64,000 nucleotides of DNA from an uncultured Dehalococcoidia bacterium. Its GTDB lineage: Bacteria; Chloroflexota; Dehalococcoidia; Lucifugimonadales; GCA-2712585. Numbering within the stretch: position 1 is the first letter of the stretch; each line of letters opens with the position of its first letter. The notes beneath the pieces were generated by a model. The model was not told the origin of the DNA and ran no database searches. It worked only from the letters and a program-made list of their open reading frames with translations. Below, piece by piece: positions 29,684-39,776 of this stretch. Position numbers and translations under genes: made by a program. The stretch lies in NCBI GenBank assembly GCA_958295715.1, contig OY282371.1, positions 1,471,697-1,535,696 on the forward strand. Direction: 5' to 3'.

Positions 29684-32600
29684 CTAGGGTGAGACGGCAT
29701 CGACCGGCAGGCCGTCAAGATACGTGTCCATCCGTTCCACGCTGTACCCCGTGGAACCCATCAAAAGGCTCTCCACGGCCACGCGGGCCGTGTCCAGCGA
29801 GGTGTAGCAGGGCACGTGGTTCTCCGCGGCGGCCCTCCGTATGAAGAAGCCATCGCGCAGGGTGGCGGCCGCGTCGGAGACGGTGTTGATGACCGCCTGC
29901 ACCGTCCCATCGTTTATCACGTCGACCACGTTGGGGCGGCCTTCGCCCAGCTTCTTGGGTATCATGGTCACAACGCCGCCCATGGCCTCCAGCATGGCCG
30001 CGGTGCCCTCCGTGGCGTAGAGTTGGCAGTCGGCCTTCACCAGATCCCGCACCAGGTCCAGGGACTCGGCCTTGTCCCTATCGGCGATGCTCAGAAGGAT
30101 GGAACTTCGCCGCGCCAGGGTCAGGTCGGCGGCGGCCAGGGCCTTGGTCAGGGCGGGCCCGAATCCGTAGTCGACGCCCATGACCTCCCCGGTGGACTTC
30201 ATCTCAGGCCCCAAGTACCAGTCCACCCCGGCGAGCTTGGACATGGAGAAGACCGGGGCCTTCACCGCCACGGCCTTTTGCCGAGGCCACAGCCCGCCCC
30301 GGTATCCCAACTCCTTGAGGGTCCTGCCCAGAATCACCCTGGTGGCCAGGTTCACCACGGGCACGTTCGTCACCTTGGATATGAAGGGAACCGTGCGGCT
30401 GGACCGGGGGTTCACCTCCAGCACGTAAACGGTGGCGCTGGCCCCCTCCTCCCTGGGCTGGGAGGGGCTGCGGTAGGGTCTGCCGCCCACTATGACGAAC
30501 TGGATGTTCATAAGGCCCCTGATGTTCAGGGCGTTCCCGATGCGGGTGGTGTAGTCGACTATGGTGTCTATCTCTTCGGGGGTGAGGTTGAGGCCGGGAT
30601 AGATGGCCATGGAGTCGCCGCTGTGGACGCCGGCGCGCTCTATGTGCTCCATAACCCCCGGTATCAGGACCTCTTCGCCGTCGCAGACGGCGTCCACCTC
30701 GCACTCCTTGCCCTCCATGTACCTGTCGATGAGCACCGGGCGGCCTGAGCTCAGCGAGGCGGCCACGTTGAGATAGCGGATGAGTTCGCTGGCGTTCCGC
30801 ACAATCTCCATAGCCCGGCCGCCCAACACGTAGCTGGGCCGCACCATGACGGGATAGCCGATGTTTTGAGCCACCCGGAGGGCGCCCTCCACGTTGGTCA
30901 CCGCCGCGCCGGGGGGCTGGGGGATGCCCAGCCGGGCCAGAAACTCGTCGAAGCGCCGCCGGTCGGAGGCCACGTCTATGGCCTCGGCGCTGGAACCCAG
31001 GATGGGCAACGCGGCCTGGTCGAGGGCCTGGGATAGGTTGATGGCCGTTTGCCCGCCGAACTGGACCACCGACGGCGGCGGATCCCCCTCTCCCGCCTCG
31101 TTCTCAATGATGTCCTGGAGGCTCTCGCCGTCCAGGGGTTCAAAGTAGAGGCGGCTGCTGGTGTCGAAGTCGGTGGAGACGGTCTCCGGGTTGGAGTTCA
31201 CCATGATGCTCTTGACGCCCTCCTCCTGGAGGGCCCAGGCCGCGTGGACGCTGCAATAGTCGAACTCGATGCCCTGGCCTATGCGAATGGGACCGCTTCC
31301 CACCACCACGGCCTTGGCCCCCTCCATGGGCAGGGCCTCGTTCTCCTGGTCGTAGGAGCTGTAGAAATATGGAGTCACGGCCTCGAACTCCGCGGCGCAG
31401 GTGTCCACCATCTTGTACACGGGACGGATGTCCCACTGGCGGCGCAGGTCCCTAACGCGGGGCGCCAGGATGTCGGCCAAGGCCCCCACCTGTTCGTCGG
31501 AGAACCCCAGCCGCTTGGCCTCCCACAGGAGGTCCGGGTCCAGGTCCTCGGAAAGGAGCCGCCGCTCCATGGCGGCGATGCGCGCGAAGGCGTTGATGAA
31601 CCAGGGGTCGATGCCGCTCTCACGGGAGAGTTCCCGCGGCGGCTTCCCCCTGCGGAGGGCCGTCATAATGGCCCAGAGCCGGGAATCGGTGGCCCGGCGG
31701 AGGAGGTCTCCGGCCAGGAACTCGTCGCCCCGGCTCCACTCCGGGTCCTCCCAAAGGAGGGTGCGGCTCCCCACCTCCAGGGAGCGCACGGCCTTCTGAA
31801 AGGCCGCCTCGAAGGAGCGGTCTATGGCCATCACCTCGCCGGTGGCCTTCATCTGAGTTGAGAGGCCCCGGTCGCCGGCGAAGAACTTGTCGAAGGGCCA
31901 ACGGGGAATCTTCACAACGCAGTAGTCCAGGGCCGGCTCAAAGGCCGCCTGGGTCTTTTGAGTAACGGCGTTGGGTATCTCGTCCAACCGCTTCCCCACG
32001 GCTATCTTGGCCGCCACCCGCGCTATGGGGTAGCCCGTGGCCTTGCTGGCCAGAGCGGAACTGCGACTGACGCGGGGATTCACCTCGATGACGTAGTAGG
32101 GCGAGTCGGGTTCCCAGGTCCCTTGAAAGGCCTCCCTCACCACGGGATGGGGACGCAGGGCGAACTGCACGTTGCACCCGCCCTCCACGCCCAGGGCCCT
32201 TATGATGCGCAGGCTGGCGGACCGGAGGGTCTGGTGCTCCTTGTCGGTGAGGGTCTGGCTGGGGGCCACCACAATGCTGTCGCCGGTGTGCACCCCCATG
32301 GGGTCCAGGTTCTCCATGTTGCAAATGGTCACGCAGTTATCGGCGGCGTCCCGCATCACCTCGTACTCTATCTCGCGCCACCCCTCCAGGGAGCGCTCCA
32401 ACAGGACCTGGTTGATGGGACTGGCGGCCAGGCCCTCCCTCACCGTGGACTCAAACTCCTCGCGGGTCCTCGCCAAGCCGCCGCCTGTGCCGCCCAGGGT
32501 GTAGCCGGGGCGAACGACCAGGGGCAGGCCCAGGGCGCCGAAGGCTTGGCGGGCCTCCTCCAGGGAGGAAACGGTGACGCTGGGCGGCTGTGGCTCGCCG

Positions 32601-33010
32601 ATATCCATGAGCAGGCTGCGGAACTCCTCCCGGTCCTCGGCGGCCCGGATGGTCTTCAGGGTGGCCCCCAGGAGCCGGACGCCGTGCTTCTCGAGGACGC
32701 CCGCCTCTGCCAGGCTGACGGCCAGGTTCAAGCCCGTCTGCCCCCCGAGGGTGGGGAGAATGCCGTCGGGCCGCTCCTTGGCGATGATGCGGTCCAGCAC
32801 GTCCACCGTGAGGGGTTCGATGTAGATGGCGTCGGCCACGCCCCGGTCCGTCATGATGGTGGCCGGGTTGGAGTTGACCAGCACGGTGTAGACGCCCTCT
32901 TCCCGCAGGGCCTTGCACGCCTGGGTTCCCGCGTAGTCGAACTCCGCCGCCTGTCCGATGACGATGGGGCCCGAACCTATAACCAGGGCCTTCCCGGGTT
33001 TCTCGGTCAT
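29684..33010 (-). CDS. carB: Carbamoyl-phosphate synthase large subunit
   Basis: About 1108 aa with duplicated ATP-grasp halves ([15 protein letters not shown] / [15 protein letters not shown]) and an MGS-like C-terminus. The ATG at 33010 has GGAGG 9 nt upstream. Confidence 0.95.
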   Translation of the reverse strand: MTEKPGKALVIGSGPIVIGQAAEFDYAGTQACKALREEGVYTVLVNSNPATIMTDRGVADAIYIEPLTVDVLDRIIAKERPDGILPTLGGQTGLNLAVSLAEAGVLEKHGVRLLGATLKTIRAAEDREEFRSLLMDIGEPQPPSVTVSSLEEARQAFGALGLPLVVRPGYTLGGTGGGLARTREEFESTVREGLAASPINQVLLERSLEGWREIEYEVMRDAADNCVTICNMENLDPMGVHTGDSIVVAPSQTLTDKEHQTLRSASLRIIRALGVEGGCNVQFALRPHPVVREAFQGTWEPDSPYYVIEVNPRVSRSSALASKATGYPIARVAAKIAVGKRLDEIPNAVTQKTQAAFEPALDYCVVKIPRWPFDKFFAGDRGLSTQMKATGEVMAIDRSFEAAFQKAVRSLEVGSRTLLWEDPEWSRGDEFLAGDLLRRATDSRLWAIMTALRRGKPPRELSRESGIDPWFINAFARIAAMERRLLSEDLDPDLLWEAKRLGFSDEQVGALADILAPRVRDLRRQWDIRPVYKMVDTCAAEFEAVTPYFYSSYDQENEALPMEGAKAVVVGSGPIRIGQGIEFDYCSVHAAWALQEEGVKSIMVNSNPETVSTDFDTSSRLYFEPLDGESLQDIIENEAGEGDPPPSVVQFGGQTAINLSQALDQAALPILGSSAEAIDVASDRRRFDEFLARLGIPQPPGAAVTNVEGALRVAQNIGYPVMVRPSYVLGGRAMEIVRNASELIRYLNVAASLSSGRPVLIDRYMEGKECEVDAVCDGEEVLIPGVMEHIERAGVHSGDSMAIYPGLNLTPEEIDTIVDYTTRIGNALNIRGLMNIQFVIVGGRPYRSPSQPREEGASATVYVLEVNPRSSRTVPFISKVTNVPVVNLATRVILGRTLKELGYRGGLWPRQKAVAVKAPVFSMSKLAGVDWYLGPEMKSTGEVMGVDYGFGPALTKALAAADLTLARRSSILLSIADRDKAESLDLVRDLVKADCQLYATEGTAAMLEAMGGVVTMIPKKLGEGRPNVVDVINDGTVQAVINTVSDAAATLRDGFFIRRAAAENHVPCYTSLDTARVAVESLLMGSTGYSVERMDTYLDGLPVDAVSP

Positions 33011-33150
33011 CCGTCGCAGCCTCCCCAAGGCGCGCCTGCCGTGGACCGGCCGGCGCCCTTTTCCAGCCTCAGACTCAAGGCGTGGCCTGAATCAAGCCTT
33101 GCTCAGTCAATAGGAGGGTGGCGCTGATTCAGGGGATATGTCAAGGGGCC

Positions 33151-33564
33151 TTACTCGACGGGCAGGTATCCCGGCAGCCGCACGTAGCCGCGGCGCTGGA
33201 AGGCGTTTATGGTCTGGCAGACGAAGCTGAAGAAGAGCTTGGCCTCGTGGTCCGAGGGCCGCTCCTCCTCTGCCTCCCGGCCGTTCACCTTGGGAGGAAC
33301 CAGGAACCTCGTCATGTTGTCGGCGACCTTTTCGACCTGTATGTATCCCACCGGGTTCTCTTCCAGGACAGAGGTCGCCAGGTTCTTGGGCCTAACTATC
33401 AGGTTCCACTCGGAGTTCAAGACCCCCTTGCCGGAGCCGATGTTGTAGCCGTAGTCGCCGCACACGAAAGCGGACATGTCCCTGTCGATGAAATCGATGA
33501 CGTCGTCCATGTCCGCTTCCAGTTCCAACTCTATGCCCTGTTGCAGAATAAATTGTCCGAACAA
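33151..33564 (-). CDS. Hypothetical protein (orphan between carA and carB)
   Basis: 137-aa ORF, visibly AT-richer than its neighbours. I recognise no motif. Confidence 0.4.
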   Translation of the reverse strand: MFGQFILQQGIELELEADMDDVIDFIDRDMSAFVCGDYGYNIGSGKGVLNSEWNLIVRPKNLATSVLEENPVGYIQVEKVADNMTRFLVPPKVNGREAEEERPSDHEAKLFFSFVCQTINAFQRRGYVRLPGYLPVE

Positions 33565-33799
33565 ATCCTACCTCCATTTGTGCAGCCCGTCGGAGCAGGC
33601 CGCGATTTGAGCCCTTGCGGGCTTCTTGGTTTACGGCGCATCCGGTGGATGACCGTGGAGTCTATTTTCCTCTTTTCGCTCCGAGTCTTCAAGAAGCGGC
33701 GGCCCGCCTTTCTCCCGATTTTGAGACCCTGAAGCCTTCACCACGCTTCCCACTCCCCCTTCCCGTCACTCCCGGGAGCGCGCCGCCCGGGCGCCACCC

Positions 33800-34450
33800 G
33801 CTCCCCCTTCCGTCATTCCCGCGCAGGCGGGAAGGGCGCGTGCGCCCACTTAGTTTTGGGGAGGGTTGGTTCGGGGTTGGAGGCTTCTTTAATTCCCGTC
33901 CCTTCTTCTTCCGTCATTCCCGCGAAGGCGGGAATCCAGGAAGGCCCCAACAGAGAACCAACCCCTAAAACCCCCGGCATCAACCCGGTGGCGCGTCCCT
34001 AGTGGATGCTGCCCCCTTGCCTCCCTTTTCCGTCATTCCCGCGCAGGCGGGAATCCATCCCCTCCTCACTGCATCCCGCGGCAACCCGGAAATCCCGCGC
34101 CACGGAACCAACGCCTAAAAACCCCGGCATCAACCCGGTGGCGCGTCCCTAGTGGATGCTGCCCCCTTGCCTCCCTTTTCCGTCATTCCCGCGCAGGCGG
34201 GAATCCAGGAAGGCCCCAACAGAGAACCAACGCCTAAAAACCCCTAACGCCACCCGAAGAGACGCCCTTAATGCGGGTCTGGCCGTAACGGGACTCGCCC
34301 TTGCCGAGACGGGAAGATGGATTCCCGCCTTCGCGGGAATGACGGATAAGAGGGGCGAAAGCGGGGAATCCATGCCCCCAGCGCAGAACCAGCCCTCCTC
34401 AAAACAAAGTGGGCGCTCGCGCCCTTCCCGCCTTCGCGGGAATGACGGAA
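33800..34450. repeat. REP-like hairpin cluster splitting carA from carB
   Basis: Six cores near 33811, 33912, 34031, 34181, 34319 and 34425. A ~92-bp direct duplication is also present at 33965-34056 and 34115-34206. Confidence 0.9.
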
Positions 34451-34457
34451 AAGGCCC

Positions 34458-35561
34458 CTATTGGGGGAGGCCGCCACCATCCACCATCGCAACAAACCTG
34501 TCAAAGATATACTCGTTGTCCCGGGGGCCGGGGGACGCCTCCGAGTGGTACTGGATGGTCATAACCGGAATCTCCGAGTGAACAAGGCCCTCAATAGTCC
34601 CGTCGTTGAGATTCACGTGGCTGGCCCGCAGGCCCTTGGGCAGGGTGGACGCGTCTACGGCGTAGCCGTGATTCTGGGCCGTTATGTAAACCCTTCCCGT
34701 GGCCAGGTCCTTCACCGGATGGTTGGCGCCCCGGTGTCCAAACCTGAGCTTAAAGGTGCCGGCCCCAAGGGCCCGGGCCACGACCTGGTGGCCAAGACAT
34801 ATCCCCATTATGGGCGTCTTGCCCAGAAGCCCCTTGACCGTGTTCACCACATAGTCCAGCAGGGCCGGGTCTCCGGGGCCGGGGGAAAGGAGGACGGCGT
34901 CAGGCCGGTGGGCCAAGACCTCCGCCGCCGTGGCCCACGCCGGGGCCGTGATGACCTCGCAGCCACGCTCCCGCAGGTTCCTCAGGATGCTGCTCTTGGC
35001 GCCGTAGTCGTTCACCACGACGCGACGCCTCGCCCCGCCTTCCGACGCCTGGAGGGTCTCCCACCGGCGGGACTCCTTTGCGGTGACCCTTCTAACGTAG
35101 TCAACGTCGTCGTACCTCGGCATAGACGACCACCGGGCGGCGGCCCTGTCCGGGGAGTCAAGGGCTATGCCCCCCATCATCACGCCACGGCTCCTCAGCC
35201 GCTTGGTGACGGCGCGGGTGTCAACGCCATGGATTCCCGGAATCCCCTGGGAAACCAGAAACTCGTGCAGGGTGGAGCTGCCCGACTCCCCGCTGGGCGT
35301 GAGGCAGTGCTCCCGCACCACGAACCCCGCCACCTGCGCCCTTATGGACTCGTTGTCGCCAACGTTGATCCCGTAGTTGCCCACCAGGGGATAGGTGAGG
35401 ACAACCAGCTGGCCGGCGTAGGAGGGGTCGGTGAGGGCCTCCTGATATCCCGTCATGCCGGTGGTGAAAACCAGCTCGCCGTAGGAGTCCCGCTGGGCGC
35501 CAAAGGAACGGCCCGGGTACACGGAGCCGTCTTCCATGACCAGATAAGCCCTGCGGTCCAC
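34458..35561 (-). CDS. carA: Carbamoyl-phosphate synthase small (glutaminase) subunit
   Basis: VFTTGMTGYQEALTDPSYAGQ, catalytic GICLGHQ and the HGYA motif. Confidence 0.95.
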   Translation of the reverse strand: MDRRAYLVMEDGSVYPGRSFGAQRDSYGELVFTTGMTGYQEALTDPSYAGQLVVLTYPLVGNYGINVGDNESIRAQVAGFVVREHCLTPSGESGSSTLHEFLVSQGIPGIHGVDTRAVTKRLRSRGVMMGGIALDSPDRAAARWSSMPRYDDVDYVRRVTAKESRRWETLQASEGGARRRVVVNDYGAKSSILRNLRERGCEVITAPAWATAAEVLAHRPDAVLLSPGPGDPALLDYVVNTVKGLLGKTPIMGICLGHQVVARALGAGTFKLRFGHRGANHPVKDLATGRVYITAQNHGYAVDASTLPKGLRASHVNLNDGTIEGLVHSEIPVMTIQYHSEASPGPRDNEYIFDRFVAMVDGGGLPQ

Positions 35562-36961
35562 TAGTCATCCACCTTAAGGACCGGCGACGGCTCGTATCCC
35601 TGCTCGCGGGCCGACCCTTCATCGGGGAAGAACCGGAACTGGAAAAGCTGCTGCTGCGACTTGAACCGGAGCAGCTTGATGGGCTTGTAGAACCGCTTCC
35701 CGCTCTGCTGAAACCCGTAGAAGCCCGGGGCCTTCTCCCATCCGCAGTACCTGCACACGAACCTGAGCGCCGGCTCGGGGAGGGCGGAAAACCGCGGCTG
35801 GCAGTTGTGGGCCTCCAGGTTGGTGACGCACAGGGGGTTTTCGCACTCCACCCCCTGAGCCGTAACCACGTCGTGGGAAGGGGAGTCTCCCCCGGCGGCC
35901 TTTCGCCAGGGGCTGAGACCCAGAATGAGGCTGATGAGGGCCATTCTCACGGGCACCCCGTACCCGGCCTGGAGGAAGTACCTGCTGCGATGGTCCTGGT
36001 CCATGTCGTGAGATAGCTCATCCACCCGGGGCAGGGGGTGCAGCACCGTGGCCCCGGGAAACCGCCGCCCCATGGTCGCCTTGCTGATGCGCGGGTAGCC
36101 GCGGCGCGGCCTCTCCCCGTGGCCCTCGGATGACTCCCGCTCCACCTGCCGCCGGGTCACGTAAAAGACCACCTCAGACCCCAAGGACGCGCGGAGTCTA
36201 AGGCCCGGTTCGTCTTCAAACATGGCCCTCTGATGGGGCTGGCTTGGCGTCATGTACAGGGCGTCAAGGGTCGAAACTTCGGTGGAACCGCCGCCCGCCG
36301 GCTCGTCGTAGAGGGCCTGAAAGTCCCCCGCCGGCATCTTCTCAATGGGCCTGCCGTAAAGGGACTGAATCCTGCTCTTCACGTGCTCCGGCAGGTCCAG
36401 CCCCTCGCCGGGCACAAAGAAGAGGTCGGCCCCGAATCTGAGGAGGCCGAAAATCAGCGAGTGGGCCGTTCTGCCCCGCTTCAGGTCGCCGCAGATGGCC
36501 ACCTTCAATCCCCGCAGGGTCTTCTTCTCCGCCCTCAGGGTGAACAGGTCGCCGAGGGTTTGGGTGGGATGCTCGTGGCCGCCGTCGCCGCCGTTAATCA
36601 CCGGAACCGAGGCGTAGTCCGCCGCCAGCCTGGCCGAACCCTCCCAGGGATGCCGCAGGACTATCAGGTCCGAGTATCCGCTCCATATCCGAACGGTGTC
36701 GGCCAGGGTCTCGCCCTTCTCCATAGACGATCCCCCTATACCGGTGGTGGTTATCGTCCTGCCGCCCAGCCGGTTCATGGCCGACTCAAAGGAGCCGCGG
36801 GTGCGGGTGCTTGGCTCAAAGAAGAGGCTGGCCATGATCTGGCCGGCGGCCAGGGTGGGAAAGGAGCGGATATCCTCCTGCATCTCCTGAGCCAGATCCA
36901 AGATGTCCTCAATCTCTTCGTTGCTCAGGTCCTCTATGGACACCAGGCTGTTCTTGTACAT
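35561..36961 (-). CDS. pyrB: Aspartate carbamoyltransferase catalytic chain with an internal insertion and a C-terminal PyrI-type zinc-domain extension
   Basis: STRTR, HPTQ and HPLPRVDE motifs. The C-terminal ~115 aa contain CENPLCVTN...(x21)...CRYCG, which resembles the Cys4 zinc domain of the regulatory chain PyrI. Confidence 0.85.
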   Translation of the reverse strand: MYKNSLVSIEDLSNEEIEDILDLAQEMQEDIRSFPTLAAGQIMASLFFEPSTRTRGSFESAMNRLGGRTITTTGIGGSSMEKGETLADTVRIWSGYSDLIVLRHPWEGSARLAADYASVPVINGGDGGHEHPTQTLGDLFTLRAEKKTLRGLKVAICGDLKRGRTAHSLIFGLLRFGADLFFVPGEGLDLPEHVKSRIQSLYGRPIEKMPAGDFQALYDEPAGGGSTEVSTLDALYMTPSQPHQRAMFEDEPGLRLRASLGSEVVFYVTRRQVERESSEGHGERPRRGYPRISKATMGRRFPGATVLHPLPRVDELSHDMDQDHRSRYFLQAGYGVPVRMALISLILGLSPWRKAAGGDSPSHDVVTAQGVECENPLCVTNLEAHNCQPRFSALPEPALRFVCRYCGWEKAPGFYGFQQSGKRFYKPIKLLRFKSQQQLFQFRFFPDEGSAREQGYEPSPVLKVDD

Positions 36962-36978
36962 CGTCGGGCGTCCCCGGC

Positions 36979-37500
36979 CTACGCGTCCCCGGGCCGTATG
37001 AGAACCACCTCGTCCCTGCCGTCCACCTCGCGCAGCCGCACCTGGACCCGCTCCGCCCAGGAGGTGGGCAGGTTCTTGCCCACGTAGTCGGCGGAGATGG
37101 GCAGCTCCCGGTGGCCCCTGTCCACCAGGGCCGCCAACTGCACCAGCCGGGGCCGCCCCGCGTGGGTCAGGGCGTCCAGGGCGCAGCGGGCGCTCCTCCC
37201 GGTGAACAGCACGTCGTCAACCACGACCACCTTCCGGCCGTCCACCTCCACGGAGGCCGGGAACGCCCGCGCGGACGGCCCCGCTTCTGATGGCGAATCG
37301 TCCCGGTAGGGACGCAAGTCCAAGCAGGTCACGGGAACGTCCACCCCCTCCAGGGCGCGGATCTTCCCGGCCACGCGCATCGCCATGGGGAGGCCCCTGG
37401 TGAGGACGCCGGCCAGGACCAGCCCGTCGGCCCCCTTGTTCCGCTCCAGTATCTGGTGGGCGATGCGGGACAGGACGCGGCCGACGTCTTCCGCCGTCAT
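36979..37500 (-). CDS. pyrR: Bifunctional pyrimidine operon regulator / uracil phosphoribosyltransferase
   Basis: RVLSRIAHQILERNKG and the PRPP motif VVVVDDVLFTGRS. The start must lie after the leader terminator: ATG at 37500, with GTG at 37515 as the alternative. The track start at 37617 lies upstream of the attenuator. Confidence 0.85.
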   Translation of the reverse strand: MTAEDVGRVLSRIAHQILERNKGADGLVLAGVLTRGLPMAMRVAGKIRALEGVDVPVTCLDLRPYRDDSPSEAGPSARAFPASVEVDGRKVVVVDDVLFTGRSARCALDALTHAGRPRLVQLAALVDRGHRELPISADYVGKNLPTSWAERVQVRLREVDGRDEVVLIRPGDA

Positions 37501-37540
37501 AATGGACTTTTCCACCGTGGCCCGGCCGTTGGTTCCTGTC

Positions 37541-37624
37541 AAGAAAAACCCCCTGCCTGGGCTGGCAAGAGGCATCCATCCGCAACGGTCTACGGGGGCC
37601 TTCCTTGCCAACCTCACTGGGCTG
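37541..37624 (-). promoter_or_regulatory. pyr leader: PyrR-binding-loop-like sequence plus intrinsic terminator (attenuator)
   Basis: On the reverse strand, AGCCCAGUGAGGUU (within 37609-37624) matches 12 of 14 positions of the ARUCCAGAGAGGYU consensus as I recall it. Downstream, CCTCTTGCC-AGCCCA-GGCAGGGGG plus TTTTTCTT (37541-37572) forms a 9-bp stem (2 G-U pairs) terminator just before pyrR. Confidence 0.5.
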
Positions 37625-37699
37625 TTTTTAAAGGTTAGTCCCTTGGTAGAGAGATTGGCGGTAGTTTATCAAGGGGCGCCGCAAAAAGCAACGCCCGCC

Positions 37700-38090
37700 T
37701 CCCCCCTCTCCCCACTCCGTCATTCCCGCGCAGGCGGGAATCCATCTTTCCCGGCTTCATGGGCGGACCCGCTGTCTGTGGTGTATGACTAACGCCAAGG
37801 GCCAGCCCCAACATCTATGAATCCGTAGGGGCGCTCTGAAGGGAATGGGGGATGGATTCCCGCCTGCGCGGGAATGACGGAAAGGGGGGGAGGGAGAAGC
37901 CAAGCTCCCAACGCAGAACCGACGCTCTTCAAAACTTAGTGGGCGCACGCGCCCTTCCCGCCTGCGCGGGAATGACGGAACCGGGGAGCCGCAGCCCCCA
38001 ACGCAGAACCAGCGCTACTCAAAACTAAGTGGGCGCACGCGCCCTTCCCGCCTGCGCGGGAATGACGGAAAGGGGGGCGGAAATGACGGA
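37700..38090. repeat. REP-like hairpin cluster
   Basis: Cores near 37708, 37854, 37955 and 38045. Confidence 0.9.
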
Positions 38091-38200
38091 ACCGGAGGGA
38101 GGGCGTCCACCGGCGGGGGGGGGGGAGGTTGGAGGGCGCCCACAAATGACGGGAGGCGGGGGCGCCGGTTATGTAAAGGCCCGTCCAACCAAAACCTCAA

Positions 38201-38229
38201 TTGCCAACTTAATAACCCTATCGTATAAT
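38201..38229 (+). promoter_or_regulatory. Sigma-70-type promoter for pdxS
   Basis: TTGCCA (38201-38206), a 17-nt spacer, then TATAAT (38224-38229). It lies about 40 nt upstream of the pdxS ATG. Confidence 0.55.
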
Positions 38230-38269
38230 ACCCGTTGTCGGAGTCCTACCGTTTTGAAGAGGAGCGCAT

Positions 38270-39151
38270 ATGGAAACGGGAACGTGGGAACTTAAGGCCG
38301 GGCTCGCCCAGATGCTGAAGGGCGGCGTGATTATGGACGTGGTCACCGCCGAGCAGGCCAAGATCGCCGAGGACGCAGGCGCCTGCGCCGTGATGGCCCT
38401 TGAGCGGGTGCCCGCCGACATACGGGCCGCCGGGGGAGTCGCCCGCATGTCCGACCCCACCAAGATTGTGGAGATCCAGGAGGCCGTCACCATTCCCGTC
38501 ATGGCCAAGTGCCGCATTGGGCACTTCGCCGAGGCCCAGGTGCTTCAGGCCTTGGGAATCGACTATATCGACGAGTCCGAGGTGCTCACCCCCGCCGACG
38601 AAGAGCATCACGTATGGAAGCACAACTTCAAGGTCCCCTTTGTGTGCGGATGCCGCGACTTGGGAGAGGCCCTGCGGCGCATCGGCGAGGGGGCGGCCAT
38701 GATTCGCACCAAGGGCGAAGCCGGCACCGGTGACATCGTGGAGGCCGTCCGCCACAACCGGACGGTCCAGAGCGAGATACGAAAGATCATCAACATGTCC
38801 GATGACGAACTGCCCACGGAGGCCAAGCGCCTGGGCGCCGCCCTGGAACTGGTGCAGGCCGTGAAGCGGGAAGGCCGTATGCCGGTGGTCAACTTCTCCG
38901 CCGGCGGCGTGGCCACCCCCGCCGACGCCTCCCTGATGATGCAGTTGGGGGCCGACGGGGTGTTCGTAGGCTCCGGCATCTTCAAGTCCTCCAACCCCTC
39001 CATGATGGCCAAGGCGGTAGTCCAGGCGGTGACCCACTACCGGGACCCGGAAATCGTCGCCGACGTGTCCAAGGGCCTGGGCGACGCAATGCCCGGCCTT
39101 GCTGTCCGCGACATGCGGGAAGGGGAGTTGCTGGCCACCAGGGGATGGTAG
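38270..39151 (+). CDS. pdxS: Pyridoxal 5'-phosphate synthase lyase subunit
   Basis: [14 protein letters not shown]...[19 protein letters not shown]...KGEAGTG: highly conserved PdxS sequence. Confidence 0.95.
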   Translation: METGTWELKAGLAQMLKGGVIMDVVTAEQAKIAEDAGACAVMALERVPADIRAAGGVARMSDPTKIVEIQEAVTIPVMAKCRIGHFAEAQVLQALGIDYIDESEVLTPADEEHHVWKHNFKVPFVCGCRDLGEALRRIGEGAAMIRTKGEAGTGDIVEAVRHNRTVQSEIRKIINMSDDELPTEAKRLGAALELVQAVKREGRMPVVNFSAGGVATPADASLMMQLGADGVFVGSGIFKSSNPSMMAKAVVQAVTHYRDPEIVADVSKGLGDAMPGLAVRDMREGELLATRGW

Positions 39152-39187
39152 CCCAAACTGAGGGCCCCATCTGAGGAGAACGCGCCG

Positions 39188-39772
39188 GTGACCGTGGGAG
39201 TAGTCGCGGTGCAGGGGGACTTCGCCGAGCATATCGCCATGCTCAACCGGTTGGGCGTCGCCACCCGTGAGGTGCGCCTACCCAAGGACTTGGAAGGAAT
39301 AGACGCCCTCATCATCCCCGGCGGCGAAAGCACCACCCTGCGACGCCTCTTCGACCTGTACGGCCTCACAGGGCCGATAACCACCCTCGCCTCCTCCGGC
39401 CTGCCCACCTGGGGCACCTGCGCCGGCATGATAATGCTCGCCGCCAAGCTCACCGACAGCCGCCCCGAACCTCTCGGCGTCATGGATATCACCGTCACCC
39501 GCAACGCCTACGGCCGGCAGGTGGACAGCTTTGAAGCCGACGTCGAGTTCCCCCAGCTAGGCGAGGATCCCTTCCACGCGATCTTCATCCGGGCGCCGGC
39601 GGTGGCCGCCATGGGGCCGGACGTCGAAGTCCTCGGCAGTCTGGAGGATGGCGCGCCGGTGGCCCTGCGGCAGGGCAGGAGGCTGGCCACCGCCTTCCAC
39701 CCGGAGCTCACCGAGGACACCCGGTTCCACCGGTACTTCTTGGAACTCGCCAACCCCTCCAACGAGGCGTGA
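39188..39772 (+). CDS. pdxT: Pyridoxal 5'-phosphate synthase glutaminase subunit
   Basis: VGVVAVQGDFAEH, catalytic GTCAGMIML and AFHPELT. GTG start. Confidence 0.9.
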   Translation: MTVGVVAVQGDFAEHIAMLNRLGVATREVRLPKDLEGIDALIIPGGESTTLRRLFDLYGLTGPITTLASSGLPTWGTCAGMIMLAAKLTDSRPEPLGVMDITVTRNAYGRQVDSFEADVEFPQLGEDPFHAIFIRAPAVAAMGPDVEVLGSLEDGAPVALRQGRRLATAFHPELTEDTRFHRYFLELANPSNEA

Positions 39773-39776
39773 CCCC

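Noticed and set aside
34461-35564. 367-aa plus-strand ORF mirroring carA
   Set aside because: Perfect antisense shadow of carA, which has unmistakable motifs. The composition is low-complexity.
38246-39232. 328-aa minus-strand ORF over pdxS
   Set aside because: Antisense shadow of pdxS. The same reasoning applies to 5814-6608, 10345-11028, 13072-14004, 15146-16096, 18722-19528, 20941-21657, 23371-24567, 29816-30748, 31049-31861, 31958-33127, 39557-40456, 40476-41249, 44675-45388, 45700-46263 and 51754-52413.
39648-39776. Track start of the R3H/AAA gene inside pdxT
   Set aside because: It would overlap pdxT by 125 nt with a low-complexity extension. A TTG directly after the pdxT stop fits better.
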